This document shows, piece by piece, positions 1 through 13,475 of a DNA stretch of 64,000 bases; the stretch's first letter is position 1; each line of letters begins with the position of its first letter. The notes under the pieces are model-generated. The model saw only the letters and a program-made list of their open reading frames with translations. It made no database searches and had not been told where the DNA came from. The position numbers and the translations under genes were made by a program. The DNA comes from Penicillus capitatus (lineage: Eukaryota > Plantae > Chlorophyta): the NCBI GenBank assembly GCA_965649825.1, contig OZ287696.1:911101-975100 (forward strand), read 5' to 3'.

Positions 1-1087
1 GTCACACGAGGCGTCATACCAGCAAAGAGACCTTTGACGCCTTTGTCCTGATAGATCCACATCAGAGAAGCTTGCACAGATCGTTTCTGCGTTCCACACT
101 GCATCGTCGTCTTCACAACATCCAGAGGCATCGTTGCGATGGCAGCAACGGCACCAGAGAAACCGCCCAGGATCAAATGCTCCCACGTGTGCAGTTTCTT
201 GTCCGCGCGCTTAGCGGAAACCATATGACGCAGTCTGATGTCACACAATCGTAACGGCACAGTGGGTATGCGCACGCACTACCTTTCATAGAGGGAAAAT
301 TGCAAAGCAATTTCGGGGACGTCTCTCAACACCGTGGGCATGAAGCCAGCATAGAGTCCACGAATGCCCTGCTTTCTAACAATAGCTGAAGCCGATTGGA
401 AAACGTTGGGATGCATGTAGGCTTGCACACGATGACGAATCGTGTCTGTTGGAACGCGTACAACGCAAGAGGTGATCGCGCCGCAGGAAGCTGAAATCAC
501 ATGTGTCAACGGACTATCCCTACACCCCCACCACACGTCACACGCGAGAACGGCATCTGATGGCGCACTTCAGGCCGGACCAAGTGGATTCGATCCAGGA
601 TTTGCATCCCTCGTAGGCAGCGAAGTAGGCAAGGCCAACTGGCAGAGTACCAAGAATCGATCCCGTGACCCCGAGGTAGATATCGCCGGGGCCTCGGATG
701 AGCCAATTACGGAACTTGAAGACCTTTTTGCCCCGTACAAGGAATCTGATTTGATTTTTCTTGATGCTCTTTTTCCAGACCTTCACCGCTTTCGGGGGAG
801 ATCGCACCTGGAGTCGAGTCTTAATCGTGTCAATCGGGTGGATGAATGTCTGCGCCATTGTTCTGGCAAATGTGCCGGCAAAGACGTGACGCACCTATGT
901 CATTTCCATTACGTGTGTGATCACACGATAGCAGCAGTACCGCATCCGAAGCCGCCAAGACAGCCAGCGGTCGCTGGTACGGCAGAAACACAACAGATGA
1001 AGGATCAAAAGGCGTCCTTGCGTTTAGAAACGTCGTCCCTCCTCGTGGCATGTCGTCTGTCTCGACAAGATTGTGACACTCTTGCAT
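1..1087 (-). CDS. Mitochondrial carrier (SLC25) protein, SAM-carrier-like; multi-exon, runs off the window start; start codon approximate
   Basis: Three carrier signature motifs Px[DE]xx[KR]x[RK]: HPIDTIKTRLQ, VPTDTIRHRVQ, MPLDVVKTTMQ; GLYAGFMPTVLRDVP; GT-AG introns join ORFs 538-894, 279-536 and the exon below 235. Confidence 0.9.
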
Positions 1088-1392
1088 TCGTCAAGTGACA
1101 GAATAGACGGAAATCCGTTCAGCCTTGCAGCACCACGGCTGTAATTCCAAACACCGTCTATTATCGATCGAGTCGCGACCGAATTCCGTAAGCGGCGAAG
1201 AAGCACAGATGAAGAATGTATCGGCGACGATCGCCGACTGGCGAAGGCTCTTGAATATTCCTCCGCAGATTCCGCAGACGACGATGGGAGGAATATCCCG
1301 TTGATGAACGGTCTTTATCAACGATGTGACTCGGCATACGGAAACGGACACCCAGGTGTACGGCGATTTTTCCAATCCGTTGTGCCGAGAGG

Positions 1393-2202
1393 ATGAGTGC
1401 CGGGCAAGAGACGCCGATGCGGCAGAGAGCTTCGAACGACACGTCTTCTCTTGGCTCTCTATCCAGACGCTTCATGGAATTTGTGGAGACGCGCGTGGAC
1501 GGTGTCATCGATCTCAACGAAACCGCGCAACGACTCAACGTAAGACATCTTCGGCCGGTTATCTCGACCCGGTCCGTCGGTGCAGGCACACAAGCGACGT
1601 GTCTACGATATTACAAACGTTTTGGAAGGTGTCGATTTGCTGGAGAAGATTTCGAAGAACAATGTGAGATGGATGCCGCCGTCGCGCACGGATGCGTCAG
1701 AGCACGAAAGAAAAGTCGCGGCGCTGCAAAAGCACATTCGCCATCTCGAAGTGAGCGACGCGCCATCCGCTTGTCTCACGCGTCAATATACGCGAATAGG
1801 AATCGGTGCGAGTCATGGACGAAAAGATCATGGGCGTTTACGCGAATCTACGAGCATTGAAGAAAGATGCCGGCATGGATCGACTTTACATACGCAAGAG
1901 CGACATCGTGGCGATGCCGAGTTTAAAACGAAGACGGTGTTTTGCCATTCATGCAACAGAGGGTGCTCACTTCCACACCAAATCCATCTCTAAACACCAT
2001 CAGTTGCGTCATCCTTTTCCTCTGGGGGATGATGTGACAGCACCATCTTATATGACTGTGTTATGTCAGATGCATTATTGTGGAATGTGCTCCCGATGGG
2101 AACCTTCAATTCATTGACCTGACAAAGAGAGATTTCTGTGGAGATGGTGCATCGGCACAGAGATCGGAGAGTGACGAGGGATGCAAGGAAAATCATACAT
2201 GA
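1393..2202 (+). CDS. E2F: E2F-family transcription factor; 3' exon structure uncertain
   Basis: [12 protein letters not shown]...[12 protein letters not shown] joined across an intron to [28 protein letters not shown] (E2F DNA-binding domain). Confidence 0.88.
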
Positions 2203-2646
2203 AGTGGGTACAGGCAAGGAGGCGGCGGTGATTCTGATGGGTACTGCATTTCTGTTGATCGCTACTACTTTGCATTCTGAGTGTATTCAGTCATTTCATT
2301 ACTAGTCTTTTCGAGATTCACATAGTATATTAGTGTGATCTTTGCGGGAGAAGGGTCGTCTTGAGATACTTACCTCCTTAGGAAGACCCAACAACGGTTA
2401 TTATCTATGCAAAACGGCCGTGATGATGTGACAGGGCATGATGTGACGTGCGCTCGCGTTCCGCGCTGGAGAGTAGCGTGCATGTGTCAAACCTAGAATC
2501 GCCAAAGAAGAGTTCAAAGAATTCGAGGTTCCGTGCATCTGTCCAAGTTGCGTTCGTCTACGCGTTTTCAACGCAGAAAGTGTTTGCGTTTCTCTTCGTG
2601 TTTCAGTACCCTTTCTGTTCGTTCGTTTTCAAGTCCTGCGTCGAAG

Positions 2647-3207
2647 ATGCCGTCCAGTCCGCGAGAGCAAAATGAAAGTATCGAACAGCCGAAACAGCCG
2701 TCACCCTGCGCCAACAATTGCGGCTTCTTTTCGTACGGACCGTGCGAATGGAAGTCTCGTCGCTAAAGATGGTGGTGTTTACGTAGGAACGAGGCGTGCT
2801 CGGGATTTTGCTCCAAGTGCTATCAGGAACAGTTAGAACGTCAGCGCCACGAGGCAACAGATGCGAAGGAGGAGAGTTCTGAAAAAGAGTACTGCCGTGC
2901 ATCGCTGAAAGAAGAATCCGTTCAAGCGCCAAAGAGGGAAAAAAGGGCAACAGCTGTATTCGTGGAGTCCAAAGTTTCTCCTCACCTCGCAACAGAGCCA
3001 CAACGCAAATCAACACCGACTCGCTGTTGCTTCTGCAATAAGCGAGTGGGCCTGACGGGATTCACTTGCAAGTGTGGAGAGGTGTTCTGTGGCAAACATC
3101 GCCATCCGAACTCGCATGTGTGTACATTTGATCATCGAAGCGCGGAGAGAGCCCTATTAGCTCGCCAGAATCCAGTGATCCAAGGCGATAAATTGGAACG
3201 CTTATGA
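2647..3207 (+). CDS. A20/AN1 zinc-finger stress-associated protein
   Basis: A20 finger CANNCGFF|SNEACSGFCSKCY across one intron; AN1 finger RCCFCNKRVGLTGFTCKCGEVFCGKHRHPNSHVCTFDH. Confidence 0.93.
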
Positions 3208-4014
3208 GTCCGTTTGTTCGTTTGTTTGTTGGCTGAATGGTGGGTTGCCAGTTTTTGGATGTACACTAACTACTACAGATCTGTTGTGCGCGGCAATCCA
3301 TACTTAAGACAAGCTGTGGTCAATTCCCATTCATCCTATCGTTGGCTTCCATGCGTTTCTTGTGTTTCTCATTTACGCGACTTCTGTATTCATTTCTGCC
3401 ATGAAATCAGTCGCAGCAGCAGCAGCAGCAGCAGCAGAACATCATCCAGACTGAAAGAAAGAAAACAAACAAATCAGCCATGATGGAGCGGGCGTGTTGT
3501 GCCGTTTGACGTTAGATGATCCCTAGCTGTATCGATGAGATGAGATAAATGTCATCATCATCATCCGATTAGATAATCTGAAGCACATCGTCTGAGAACT
3601 CGTTGTTTTGGTAATTGCTCTGCCATGATGCTGATTGTGGTATTTCCGGGTGCTCGAGTGTGATTTCTTCTCAGTCGATGATACAACATGACATGACTTG
3701 TGCGTGTGTTCTACTATGCATGAATAAGAAATCTCACATGGCTAGGAGAACGCTGCTGCGTGTGCACGGATACAGTTACCGGGACATCCGTTTCATTTAC
3801 TATTCCATTTAATCAATGCTTTCACTCTTAGAATTCCTTTGCACCCACCCTCTGACGTTGCGCCCGTCTCCTGCTGGGAACACTGCTGTCTGTCTGTCTG
3901 TCTGACTGTGCGTGATGAGAAATTCAATGAACCGCTTGTTTAATGATAATGCTATGATGGGACGCGACGGTACTCATTGGAGGGCCTAGGGTTAGCTGCT
4001 GCTGCTAAGCAATC

Positions 4015-4564
4015 ATGGATCTCATTGCGAATCCTTATCGCGGGCCGCCGAACGTCCCCCATATGCCGGAAGACTGGTTCAAAATCATTTTCTACAGCTC
4101 GAACGTACGCACGCGCCGCCTTCCTGGCGTCGACGTCGTTAGAGAGATGGTCCGCGTAGTTGGCTTTCTCTATGCTATGTCTGCCGGGAAGATGGCTGGG
4201 GACAGAAGCCCGTCCACGTCGTTACAAGTGCGTTCGTTCACGCACGAATCTCTCTGACCGCAGAGCTGCACAGTCGGGATTTCATCATGCGTTGTGCCGA
4301 GGAGCGCGCCGTCATGCGGCAAGTTCGTCGCGGGGAGATCCCGACCTTCTCCTACGTATGCCTTTCCTCACTCTTTCTCACACTTTCGTATTCTTGTGCA
4401 CAGCGTCGTCCGATCTTAACCGATCACAGCTGGCCACGAATGTGGGACAGACATCTTCACTGGAAGAGGTATGTCCATCCCCCTCCCCCTCCATACATTC
4501 ACACGGTGTCCTGTGCCATAGATGGACATTAGAGAGAACAGGTCCCATTTACAGCGCCACATGA
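4015..4564 (+). CDS. Small hypothetical protein, about 124 aa, probably 5 exons
   Basis: Four GT-AG introns of typical size give a continuous frame MDLIANPY...WFKIIFYSSN-RDGPRSWLSLCYVC...-LHSRDFIMRC...-RRPILTDHSWPRMW...-WTLERTGPIYSAT; no family recognised and an alternative frame is possible. Confidence 0.45.
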
Positions 4565-4669
4565 AGTGCATCATGTCGCCTGCACGACATGTTATTTTGT
4601 CTATACACACTTTGCCATCATGTTATCACTTTCCCGTATACGATAGAGAACACGCACACGCTCGCGTTT

Positions 4670-5468
4670 CTATCTTCCTTTATTGCCATCAGACGGTGTG
4701 TTGTGAGACGGCGGCGGTGGCGGCTGATGCACTCCAGATGGTCCAGCACCGTTCGGCATGTTTCTTATGCAAGGATTCAGACGTGGCAGATCGTAATTCA
4801 GCAATGGCCTCTTTTGGCGACTCAATAGGGAGACGAATTGCGGCGCTTCGAGGCGTTTTCCTAAGACAGAGTTCATCTCGTGGCGGCTGCTGTCTGATGT
4901 GAGGGCAGTTGGCAATGGACGTCCCACCGCATTTCCATTGGCGCTCTCGTGGCCGCCACTGATGTCACGCACGGAATGTGTGACCAGTTTCTCGAAGCGA
5001 TAGTCTTCTTCAGGTCGTCTCTTTCTTCGACTGAGACTCTGCTCCAGCGATTCTAATCTGGATTGGATAGAATCCGCACGGCTGCGAAACTCTGCAGCAC
5101 TGGTGTCATATGCGGACGCCTGGTGTTTGCGTTTGGCTGATTCATTCCCCGTCGTCGAATTGGCGCCGAAGACTGAGTCAGCCACACAGCGGAGGTCGGA
5201 GTGAAGAATCTAGGCAGAGAAAACGAAAGTGTCAGTGTCGTTTCGCATCCAGAGGACCGTCGCTTCGTCCGACATGCAGACGGCTTACGTGAAAAGGACA
5301 TAAACGGTCGACAGCATCGTAAATATCTCGAAAAGGCGTTTCGAAATCCAAGTTGGCAAGAATTTGACAATCATGAGCCAAACAGTCGTCTCTTCGTACG
5401 GAACTTCGAGTTTTGGACGGAAAACGTAAAGAAGGCAACGTTTCACTTTGATGCGGGTGAGCAGCCAT
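4670..5468 (-). CDS. GLTSCR1/BICRA conserved-domain protein (non-canonical BAF/SWI-SNF subunit-like)
   Basis: LDFETPFRDIYDAVDRLCPFH|ILH matches the GLTSCR1 motif PDYxTPFxSxxDAxxRLLPYH; one intron joins ORFs 5232-5468 and 4670-5185, followed by a coiled-coil-like segment. Confidence 0.75.
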
Positions 5469-5667
5469 TTCAAGATCCGTTCAAAACTCATCTATCAGGC
5501 GCAAGTAAATTAGCACCGGATCCGAGGCAGAATGTCACATCATCCTCGAGCAGGCACTCTTTTCACATTACAATAGTTAGTTACTCGTAATGTACATCTG
5601 TCGAGCATGCGTTTTAGCGAGAGTCTAACAGAATGAAATGAAATTTGATCTCATGATACTCAGTCAC

Positions 5668-6860
5668 TCACAGAAAAGAGCCTTCAGAAAAACGTCGACG
5701 GCCAGCTGTGTCGACGTTGAATGAGAAGATCCCGCTAGCCGTCGTTCCCACAAACAGCTTCCTTCCCTAGAAGCAGACAGGCCCTCACTATACAGCAGGA
5801 GAACCCGAAAGCCACCGAGATCGATACGTACGTCAGGAGAGAAGCAGACGCCGGAAATGTCATCGTCTCCAGTCCTGAGCACCTGTTGCGTTCTCATGTT
5901 GCGAGCATCGACCAGGTGACAGACGCCTCGATCTTCAGTAAAGGCCATGAGATCCATTGGAAAACAGCTGAATTTCACGTTTCGACAAGCAGATGACGCT
6001 TTGAAGGTATTGATGATTTTGCAGCTGCGTCGATCCCATACACAGACACGCCCATCCTGACTAGCAGATGCAAAACGGACGCCCTGGGGATCCCACGCAC
6101 AGCACATTCCGACATTCTGATAACCCGTCAGCCGTGCCAACTTGCAATAGCCTTCATCGGTGGCCTGATGCAGATAGGTATAGATATCATCACCCACCGA
6201 GAGTAAATAACTGGCATCATGAGTGTTCGCTGAGTAATTCACTGGAACTGGAAAATTAAGTGTGGTGATTGGATCCATTTCTGGCAAAGAAAAGATCTTA
6301 ATCGACCGATCGTTATTGCAAATGAACAGGAGCAGACCTAAAGACAGACACATCGAAAGAGATCTCAGCAAGGCGCTCGTATGAGGTGCGAGAGGTTCAG
6401 ACCAAGAGGACTCTCAGCAATGTGCAGCGAATTGTTGACGGCGCCGCCAACGTTGCCAACGAAGACTTCTTGATTTTCATTCAGTAACCGTACATTTAAT
6501 CGACTTCCTTGTCCCCCGGCTGCAATATACCCATGTCCAATTGTCATGCAGTTTGGTGAGAAGGACAGCGTCTGGACGACAGATTCCTAAGAAGGGCCTC
6601 AGTTATGCCTGCATCTTTTGCTGGTGGTGGTGATCCTGTACACGTTGTTTCTGGGTATCGTAGCGAACGGTGCTACGTTGGTGCACACAGTAGAGTACTC
6701 TGCTGCTCTCACATGCGACTAAATCCCTCAACTGCCAGTGGTGTACCGTCGTTTGTTGGTCTAGAGACGTCCTTTCAAAGAGAGAAGAGCCTCGTACATG
6801 AAAGGGTATACCATAGACGGCATCGAGCTCAGCAAAGTGCGGTTGCGTGTCTTCCATCAA
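5668..6860 (-). CDS. WD40-repeat protein (S. pombe C2A9.03/DUF2415-like); start approximate
   Basis: HHWQLRDLV, IAAGGQ, CNNDRSIKIF, CCAWDPQGVRFASASQDGRVCVWDRR, RNVKFS, DLMAFTED, ISGVCFSPD|GRKLFVGT. Confidence 0.85.
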
Positions 6861-7184
6861 AACCATGACGACAGATTCGTGCCGACGCAACGGAATACCT
6901 TGGAAAGATTCAGCAATAAAACCTTTGGCTATACTCTCAACCGCGAAGCTAACTGCGAAGAGGAATCGCTCAACAACTGCAAACGTACGAAGAGTGTTAT
7001 CGTGCTTGGATGGCGAGACGTTGGCAATGAACCCATTAATGTGTTTGAGAGAAATCGAGCGCCGAGCCAAATCCTGCCGCGGCAGCTTCGCAGAAGAGGG
7101 AGGTCGTTTCTCTGTATCGGTCTTGCCAGATGTTAAAGTACTGGCATCATATACGGGACCTATCGTTTAGCTGAGTTGTCACTG

Positions 7185-7967
7185 TCAGGTGCGGGACCAC
7201 AGTTTTCGAGCGAGGTTTCCCACAGCAGGCGTGTAGAAAAAGTAGCACCAGATGACCCAGGATGTCAACAGGCCGTAAAAATCAGGCCGGCTGTAATGCC
7301 ACCATTTTAAGCCAGCGATAATCGGCAGCTCTGCCAGAGGAGCGCCAACGGCACAGAGGCATCCGAGAAAGAAACCCTGTCGCGTTTTGTCAAAGACTGC
7401 CCAGTTTAGAACAGCGAAGGATGCCAAAGCGCCATGAATGTAAATGTACTCCCATTGATGCTCATACATCCAGGCGCTGAACTCAGTTCCACAAGCTAGC
7501 ACTCCGTAGTTCAAAGCGACTGTGCCCCAACTGGGTGCTGGTCGGACATCCTTCGCCAAGGCATCCGTCAGTGGATGCAATGTCCCTGTCAACACCATTG
7601 CAAAGCTGAACGAGTATAGGTAGGATGACGCACCTAAGACAACATAGAAGGCGCCGAGGATGGGACACACCCAGAGAGATGAATGCACATCGAGACCGAA
7701 GTCGGTGAAGTCGATCGGTAGAGAGTCATACACCTGAAGCTGTGTTCGCGAATGGATCGTATCGAGTAAGGGACCTGCGACGCATCCCGTTAGAAACAAT
7801 GTACTCAAGAACTGTTTCCAGTTTGTCCCGGACTCGGCAAAAGAACGCATCTTCGAAGGCAGATCTTCAGCGGAAGCGAAAACGACGTATCGACGCGAGC
7901 GCCTTCTTAAAGGATTTGCAAAACGACGAACTGGCTGAGCCGCTGGAGAAATGACCGTGCAGGTCAT
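7185..7967 (-). CDS. INSIG-domain membrane protein with N-terminal plastid transit-like peptide
   Basis: GPLLDTIHS...SSLWVCPILGAFY...FDKTRQGFFLGCLCAVGAPLAELP...WWHYSRPDF...CYFFYTPAVGNLAR; Arg/Ser-rich N-terminus. Confidence 0.75.
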   Translation of the reverse strand: MTCTVISPAAQPVRRFANPLRRRSRRYVVFASAEDLPSKMRSFAESGTNWKQFLSTLFLTGCVAGPLLDTIHSRTQLQVYDSLPIDFTDFGLDVHSSLWVCPILGAFYVVLGASSYLYSFSFAMVLTGTLHPLTDALAKDVRPAPSWGTVALNYGVLACGTEFSAWMYEHQWEYIYIHGALASFAVLNWAVFDKTRQGFFLGCLCAVGAPLAELPIIAGLKWWHYSRPDFYGLLTSWVIWCYFFYTPAVGNLARKLWSRT

Positions 7968-8260
7968 GGTCGAAGAAGGACGATGTGGAATGAAGGGAGG
8001 GAAGTATGTCTGTTTTTCGGGAGGCTATTTGTCTATGAAGATCTAAGATGTCCTGTTAAGAGATCAAAGAACCTATAGCGATCTTGAAATTCTCTATCTA
8101 CGTCTTCTTCTGAATGTCGCTGAGAAAATTGCTGTTGCTGTATCCACAAATCTCTTAGGTGTATGGTTTCTTCTAAGGCCGTCTGAACGATCTGGTCACT
8201 CGTTGGTAACGGTATCGAATGCAGGATCTACAGAGGAATCCTATAAAGGAGGCAGATGGG

Positions 8261-11200
8261 TCATGCGATGTCTACCTGTGATGAAGAATGCAACCGTTTT
8301 CGCATTTGGAGAAGGCAGAGATGGATTTGATCACGTACAGCTTGGTTGAAGCCATCTTGGCTGTCGTCTATCTGGGGTTGAGCATGGGAAGATTCTGATG
8401 TCTTCACCAAGAAATGATCATTTAGATCTTCCGGCGGATCGCCCACGAAGAAGGCTTCGATTCTTTGCGGCGTGAGGAACTCGTGCAGGCAAGATTGAAC
8501 GAGACGATGGACACAGGAGACGCTTGTGTCAGCCGAAGAGGGCGAAATCTGCGCAACGGCGTCCTGTTGTGGAGTATGTATGTATGGAGAGGCAGCGACA
8601 TCGATCGCGGAGATGGTGGATTCCAATGCCTGCGACGCATGTTTCGGTGTTTGTTTCTCCGGAATGCGATGATGAGATTCGAGATCGTAATCGAATTCTT
8701 CATCGGATGATTCGACAGCTTCTCTGTCCACCTCATCGTGCTCTGATTAAAAGAAAAGTCGATGGTGAGAGTTCGGCATGGCGATCCGATGCACCTTCGA
8801 CAGGCCGATGATGAGGGAGGGTGGCGAGATCTGTCGACAGATTGTCCGTGCTGCTGTCACAAGGCATCGGGTTTTCGATTTCGACACTTGTCGGTTTTTC
8901 AGTTGCCGCAAATTCGATATCCGCGATGCATTCCGATCGGATTTCGATCTCGCTTTCCGAAGCCACCGAAGATGCAGAGCTCGAGCTGTCATCCTTGGTG
9001 CTTTCATCGGATATCTTGATCAAATCTCGCTCCGAAGAGCCAGAGCTTAGAGGATCTTCTATGCCCTTCGTTATCGTGCGATCGCTAGATCTTTTTGAAT
9101 CAGATGACGGTTGTCGATCCAACAGTAATAATGACTGGTCGACCAGAGGAGGACACGTGAAGTCGTCCAACAGCCTCGCATCTTGATCTTCGGTATCAGA
9201 TGTTGACTCTCTTGTCGAACAGAAAGGAGAGAGGTCAGAAGTGTGAATGCTCTCGCAGCAAGCGTAACTATGCTCTTCGTTCTTTTGATCGAGGACGACA
9301 GCATCCATTGCAGATTGCGGCCTCTCCAGATGCTCATTCTGTACTGTATCTTTGCCATCGATTTTTGTTCCCTCTTCTTCGCATGACGTTTCTGAAATGG
9401 TTGTCCGTTCACTGTCCGAAGAAGTTGTCGATACCGGCTCGGTATGACGCACCGAAGACAGAGATGCATCTTCTAGCTTTGTCTCCACGTTTTCTTGCGG
9501 GTCCACCGAAGTGCCCGTCGATCCGTCGATATTATCGAGATCCACTGTCGAAGTCGTCGCCGATGCGTTGCTCGACGAGTGAGATAGAAGATCTGCCATC
9601 TCCATGATCACACTGCCGCAATCGGATGTTCCAGATGAGGAGAGGCCAACTTCAACATCCGTTGAAGACTGCACGATCTCATCTTCTGCAGGTGCACCTT
9701 TGTCCTCGATCTTCAGATCCGACGCCACTTTCTTGTCGTGGTCATCGATCACGGGAAGGGAATCTTTGGAACGTGCGTCTTCGATGGATCCCACCGAAAC
9801 GGCGACAGAATCAACAGGCAACGGATTCTTGTTGTCGAATTCGTGGTGATCCGACGGCTGACATGCATCTGTCCTGTTCAGACGATCGTCTGCGTTGTGG
9901 GAATTCATGGAGGCACTTGGATCGGCATACTGTCTGGCGATTTCGAACACCTGTCGGTTTTTCTCCGAAGGTAATTGTGTAGGATAACTGCATTTTGAGA
10001 CAGAAGGATGAAGGATGACAGAGTTGCCATCTAAAGCGCTGCTCGTCTTATCATCATCTTCTGTCTTTGGATGCTCTGTCATCTTCCTCCTCCTTTGTCT
10101 TGCATCGCTTCTGACTTCAGAGGTCGTTTCTCTTGGACACCGTTTTTCCTTACCGTCATCACAATAACGCGGTCGACGCCGCCTTGGCTCGTGCGGTTTT
10201 TGATCTGCGTTGCGTGAAGGCAGACGATTCTTGTGAAGGAACGCATTCAGGAATTGCTCTGTAAGACAAAACAAATGTCTGGTCAGACATCCACGACTAG
10301 GGAACAATACTTTTGGCAGCAGCAAGCCTTCGAAGATGATCGAGCTCGATGGCGCAGAGTCCTTTGCTGATGGTGAGTTTTCTCAAATCTCTCTTCCGAT
10401 CGAGGATGAGAGATCTGAGATCGATGTTGGTATCTTCAGCAAGAGCGATTTGACATCCGTCTTGCGGAGTTCCTTTCTCGACCGGTCCAGATTCTGAGGC
10501 CTTACACACGGCGACATTGCCTTCGCGTTTCTCTTCTGTCGACGCTTTGTCTTCGCGTCGTCTGGGAACGCGCTGCGAATGGCATTCCGGACAATGACGG
10601 TTCGGAGTGGCGGCAGTGCTCAAAGCAGGTTTCATGGATGGGTATGGCATCGATCGCGTCTCTTCAACGAATTCTGCCGATGAGAAGGGTAAAGCGGATG
10701 TGATAACGTTAGGAGGAAGGGTACGATAGAATACGGGATTGTGGAACTGTTGCATCGGAGCAGCACAAGGCGGTTGATAGTGTGTGTTACGTGGAGTCGT
10801 GTTTGAAGGGGGTTTCATCAGAACACTGGTCAGTTTGGACACCTGCAATACGCCTTGTCATCAGAGGGACATGACAAAACGGGCCGAACTTCACATGTCA
10901 GTTGCCGGAGGTCCTTCTGAACACGGCCCAGGTCGTGCTGAATACCGATCAGGCACTCGCCTCGATCTCGATCTCGATTACGATCCGAAACACGTACGCA
11001 CGAACTTCGATGTATCGGGCCTTGTAATGGTGAACCACGTTGAGCGTGTGCAAGAGGGACACGGGCTGGAGACTCGGGTTTGATGATTCCGTCGATCGCG
11101 ACGTTCGTCTGCGGTGTTTTCTGGCGCATGGAGTAAGAAGCTGAAAGAGCAGATGTGTTGGGATGCCTCTGTTTCTTCCTCCCCTTTCTTCGATCGTCTT

Positions 11201-11603
11201 TCGGTTCATCGAGGCATCCCTGACGATGTGCCACAGGAAGCTCACGCGATGCCACCGTTACCACGACGTTCGCCGAACGATTGGCCGAACTGCATGTGCT
11301 GACGATAGATTTCGTATCGGAGAGAACTGTCCCGTCGTTCACGAAATGCATCATCGTGATCTCTGCACCGGGAGACGCGCAACGATGAGACGGCGACGTG
11401 AAGTGTTTGATGGACAAGGGCGACGCATCTCGAAAATCCGAAAAGAACATTTCGCTCAGCGGCATCGTAGATCCCTCTACAACAGTACGTGTCGCCGCCA
11501 ACATTTCGAATACGCGTACGTTACCCTGTCGCAGATAAGTCTCGACAATATTCGCATGGTGCGCCAGATCTTTAGAGGACAGTGGAGTGATGGGCTGAAA
11601 CAT
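8261..11603 (-). CDS. Large low-complexity (Ser/Asp/Glu-rich) hypothetical protein(s); probably one spliced gene
   Basis: Four abutting same-strand ORFs of 257, 183, 530 and 156 aa; no domain recognised. Confidence 0.5.
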
Positions 11604-11783
11604 CGATTCCGCAGCGGCCTGTCTTGCTTTACGTTCTCTCGGCTTCGTTTTTCCGACGATTCCTGTCCGATGGCGTCGTATCAGTCAATAGGACGATATG
11701 GAATGCGTCAAATCTTGTGTCATCGCGTCATCTGCGCTCCAGTTACTGAGCAATGATATGGCTTGCGCCGCATTGGCCGTGCG

Positions 11784-13170
11784 TTACTGGAATATGGCGT
11801 CATAGAGTAGCAGGAAAAGAGAATTGGTGAAGACATATGCCAAGGTCTTCCTTAAGCTCATGCCTGGCAATGCAACGAGCACGGATGTCTCTGTCATCGT
11901 CTGCCGTAACCAGCAATACCATCGGATACTCTCAACTTGTGGAAGGGTGGAAGGGCCTTGTGCACAAACCTTTCGCAGATGAACAGCGCCGCCGTCCAAG
12001 TGATTAGAAAGCACCAGTGCCTGCACAAATGGAAGTACGCTCCCGTGAAGTGGACAGGAATGGCGAGTACTGTTCGAAATCGTGTAAGGCCAGCGATACG
12101 AACAAACAGATGAGGATTCCAGTGATACCCCCGCCACTGGGTCGATAGAAATAGCGATGCAGCCAATTTTTCCATGATACATGAAAGCGGCGAAAGAAAG
12201 AGTTTATCGATTCAGTGCACTCAAAGACAGAGGCGGGCGTATCGACGACGGCTTCGACGCCACGAATGGCAGAAGAAAGCCACGCGACGGAGAATGGAAT
12301 GTGGGATTCCAAGAAGCTCAATAGAATAAAGCACTTGACCGCCAACCAAAAATTCAGCAAAGGAACTGAATCTGCGAAGAGAGCGCCAGGATCGTACAGG
12401 AGATCATAGACAGCGCCAAACAGCAAAACATCACACGACGCAGATAGCAATACACGGTAATGTTTGCTCTGATGCGGACGCCGTTCGGAAAGTGCCCGCT
12501 GGAATTCGCAGAAGGGCATGAGAGGTCCATTCAAGTAGAGCGGAAAGAAGGCGATATAGCGTAAGAAATCTTTATAACCATAACGGTGCTGATTGCTCGG
12601 TGACTTCTTTCTTCGACTCATGCCAGTTTCCATGCAGAAGCTGAAGCTGCGCATCATGGTGTAGCGAAACGTATACCTGACAGAGAGGTAAGCAGGGGCG
12701 CAGCCTTGTCGAACGAGCCGAGGAAGACGTCCAGTGGGTTGACGGTCCAGATAGGAATACGGCGTGAAAATTTTGGCGCATAGAAGAAGGCCGTGGACGA
12801 GGATTGTGGATCTGTAAACACAATGCGGTTTCTTAAGGGCGGCCACGTCTAGGAACACGCCGAGAGCAACGAATCCGATGCTCGCAGAGAGAAGCGGTAT
12901 GAGAGAAGCCGTTCCGTGAAATAGGGCGATCGTGGTAAGGGAGGCGATAAGATCCGCATCTTGCTTCAGCCCAAGATGCGATTCCAGAACGACCACCAGT
13001 CCTTGAAAGAATAGATGCGCGGGGAAAGCATAAACACACCACTGGAAAAATCGAGAATGCATCGACGAAAAGACGCGGAATCGCACCGATCATCACGCAA
13101 CGCATCACGCACGCCGCATCATCAACTGATCATACAAGACACCGCGATTCTAGCCCATGTCGCCATCCAT
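11784..13170 (-). CDS. MBOAT-family O-acyltransferase (GUP1/HHAT-like); start approximate
   Basis: YIAFFPLYLNGPLMPF, SINSFFRRFHVSWKNWLHRYFYRP, catalytic His in SLALHD. Confidence 0.85.
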
Positions 13171-13475
13171 ATCGTTCAAACGAGAAAGCGAACGTCTCTC
13201 CCGAAGAGCGCGATCAATCTTAAGTAGAGCGAGAGATCTACGCTTTCGCAAATGAATCCATTTTTATCGACGATCTATCCATGTCGATGCTTCGCCACTG
13301 AATTCTACAGGGACAGTGATATGCTCGAAGCTAAAAACCCATCCGTTTCCGGCACTGGACGCGATGGGTGTGAGGGGATGATTCGCGAGTTTGCCTTTTT
13401 ATGAAGACGATAGGCGATTGAAACGCTGGCGACGCAATTGGAGCACTAATCGGTACGACATTCGACTGTTCAGTG

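Noticed and set aside
442-1098. Numerous overlapping antisense ORFs, such as 442-1098, 5201-5590 and 44234-45130
   Set aside because: Shadow frames of well-supported genes on the opposite strand.
3412-3437. Simple repeats: (GCA)n at 3412, (CTGT)n near 3890, poly-C near 27230, (CCCATT)n near 37350
   Set aside because: Ordinary short microsatellites in UTR or intergenic DNA.
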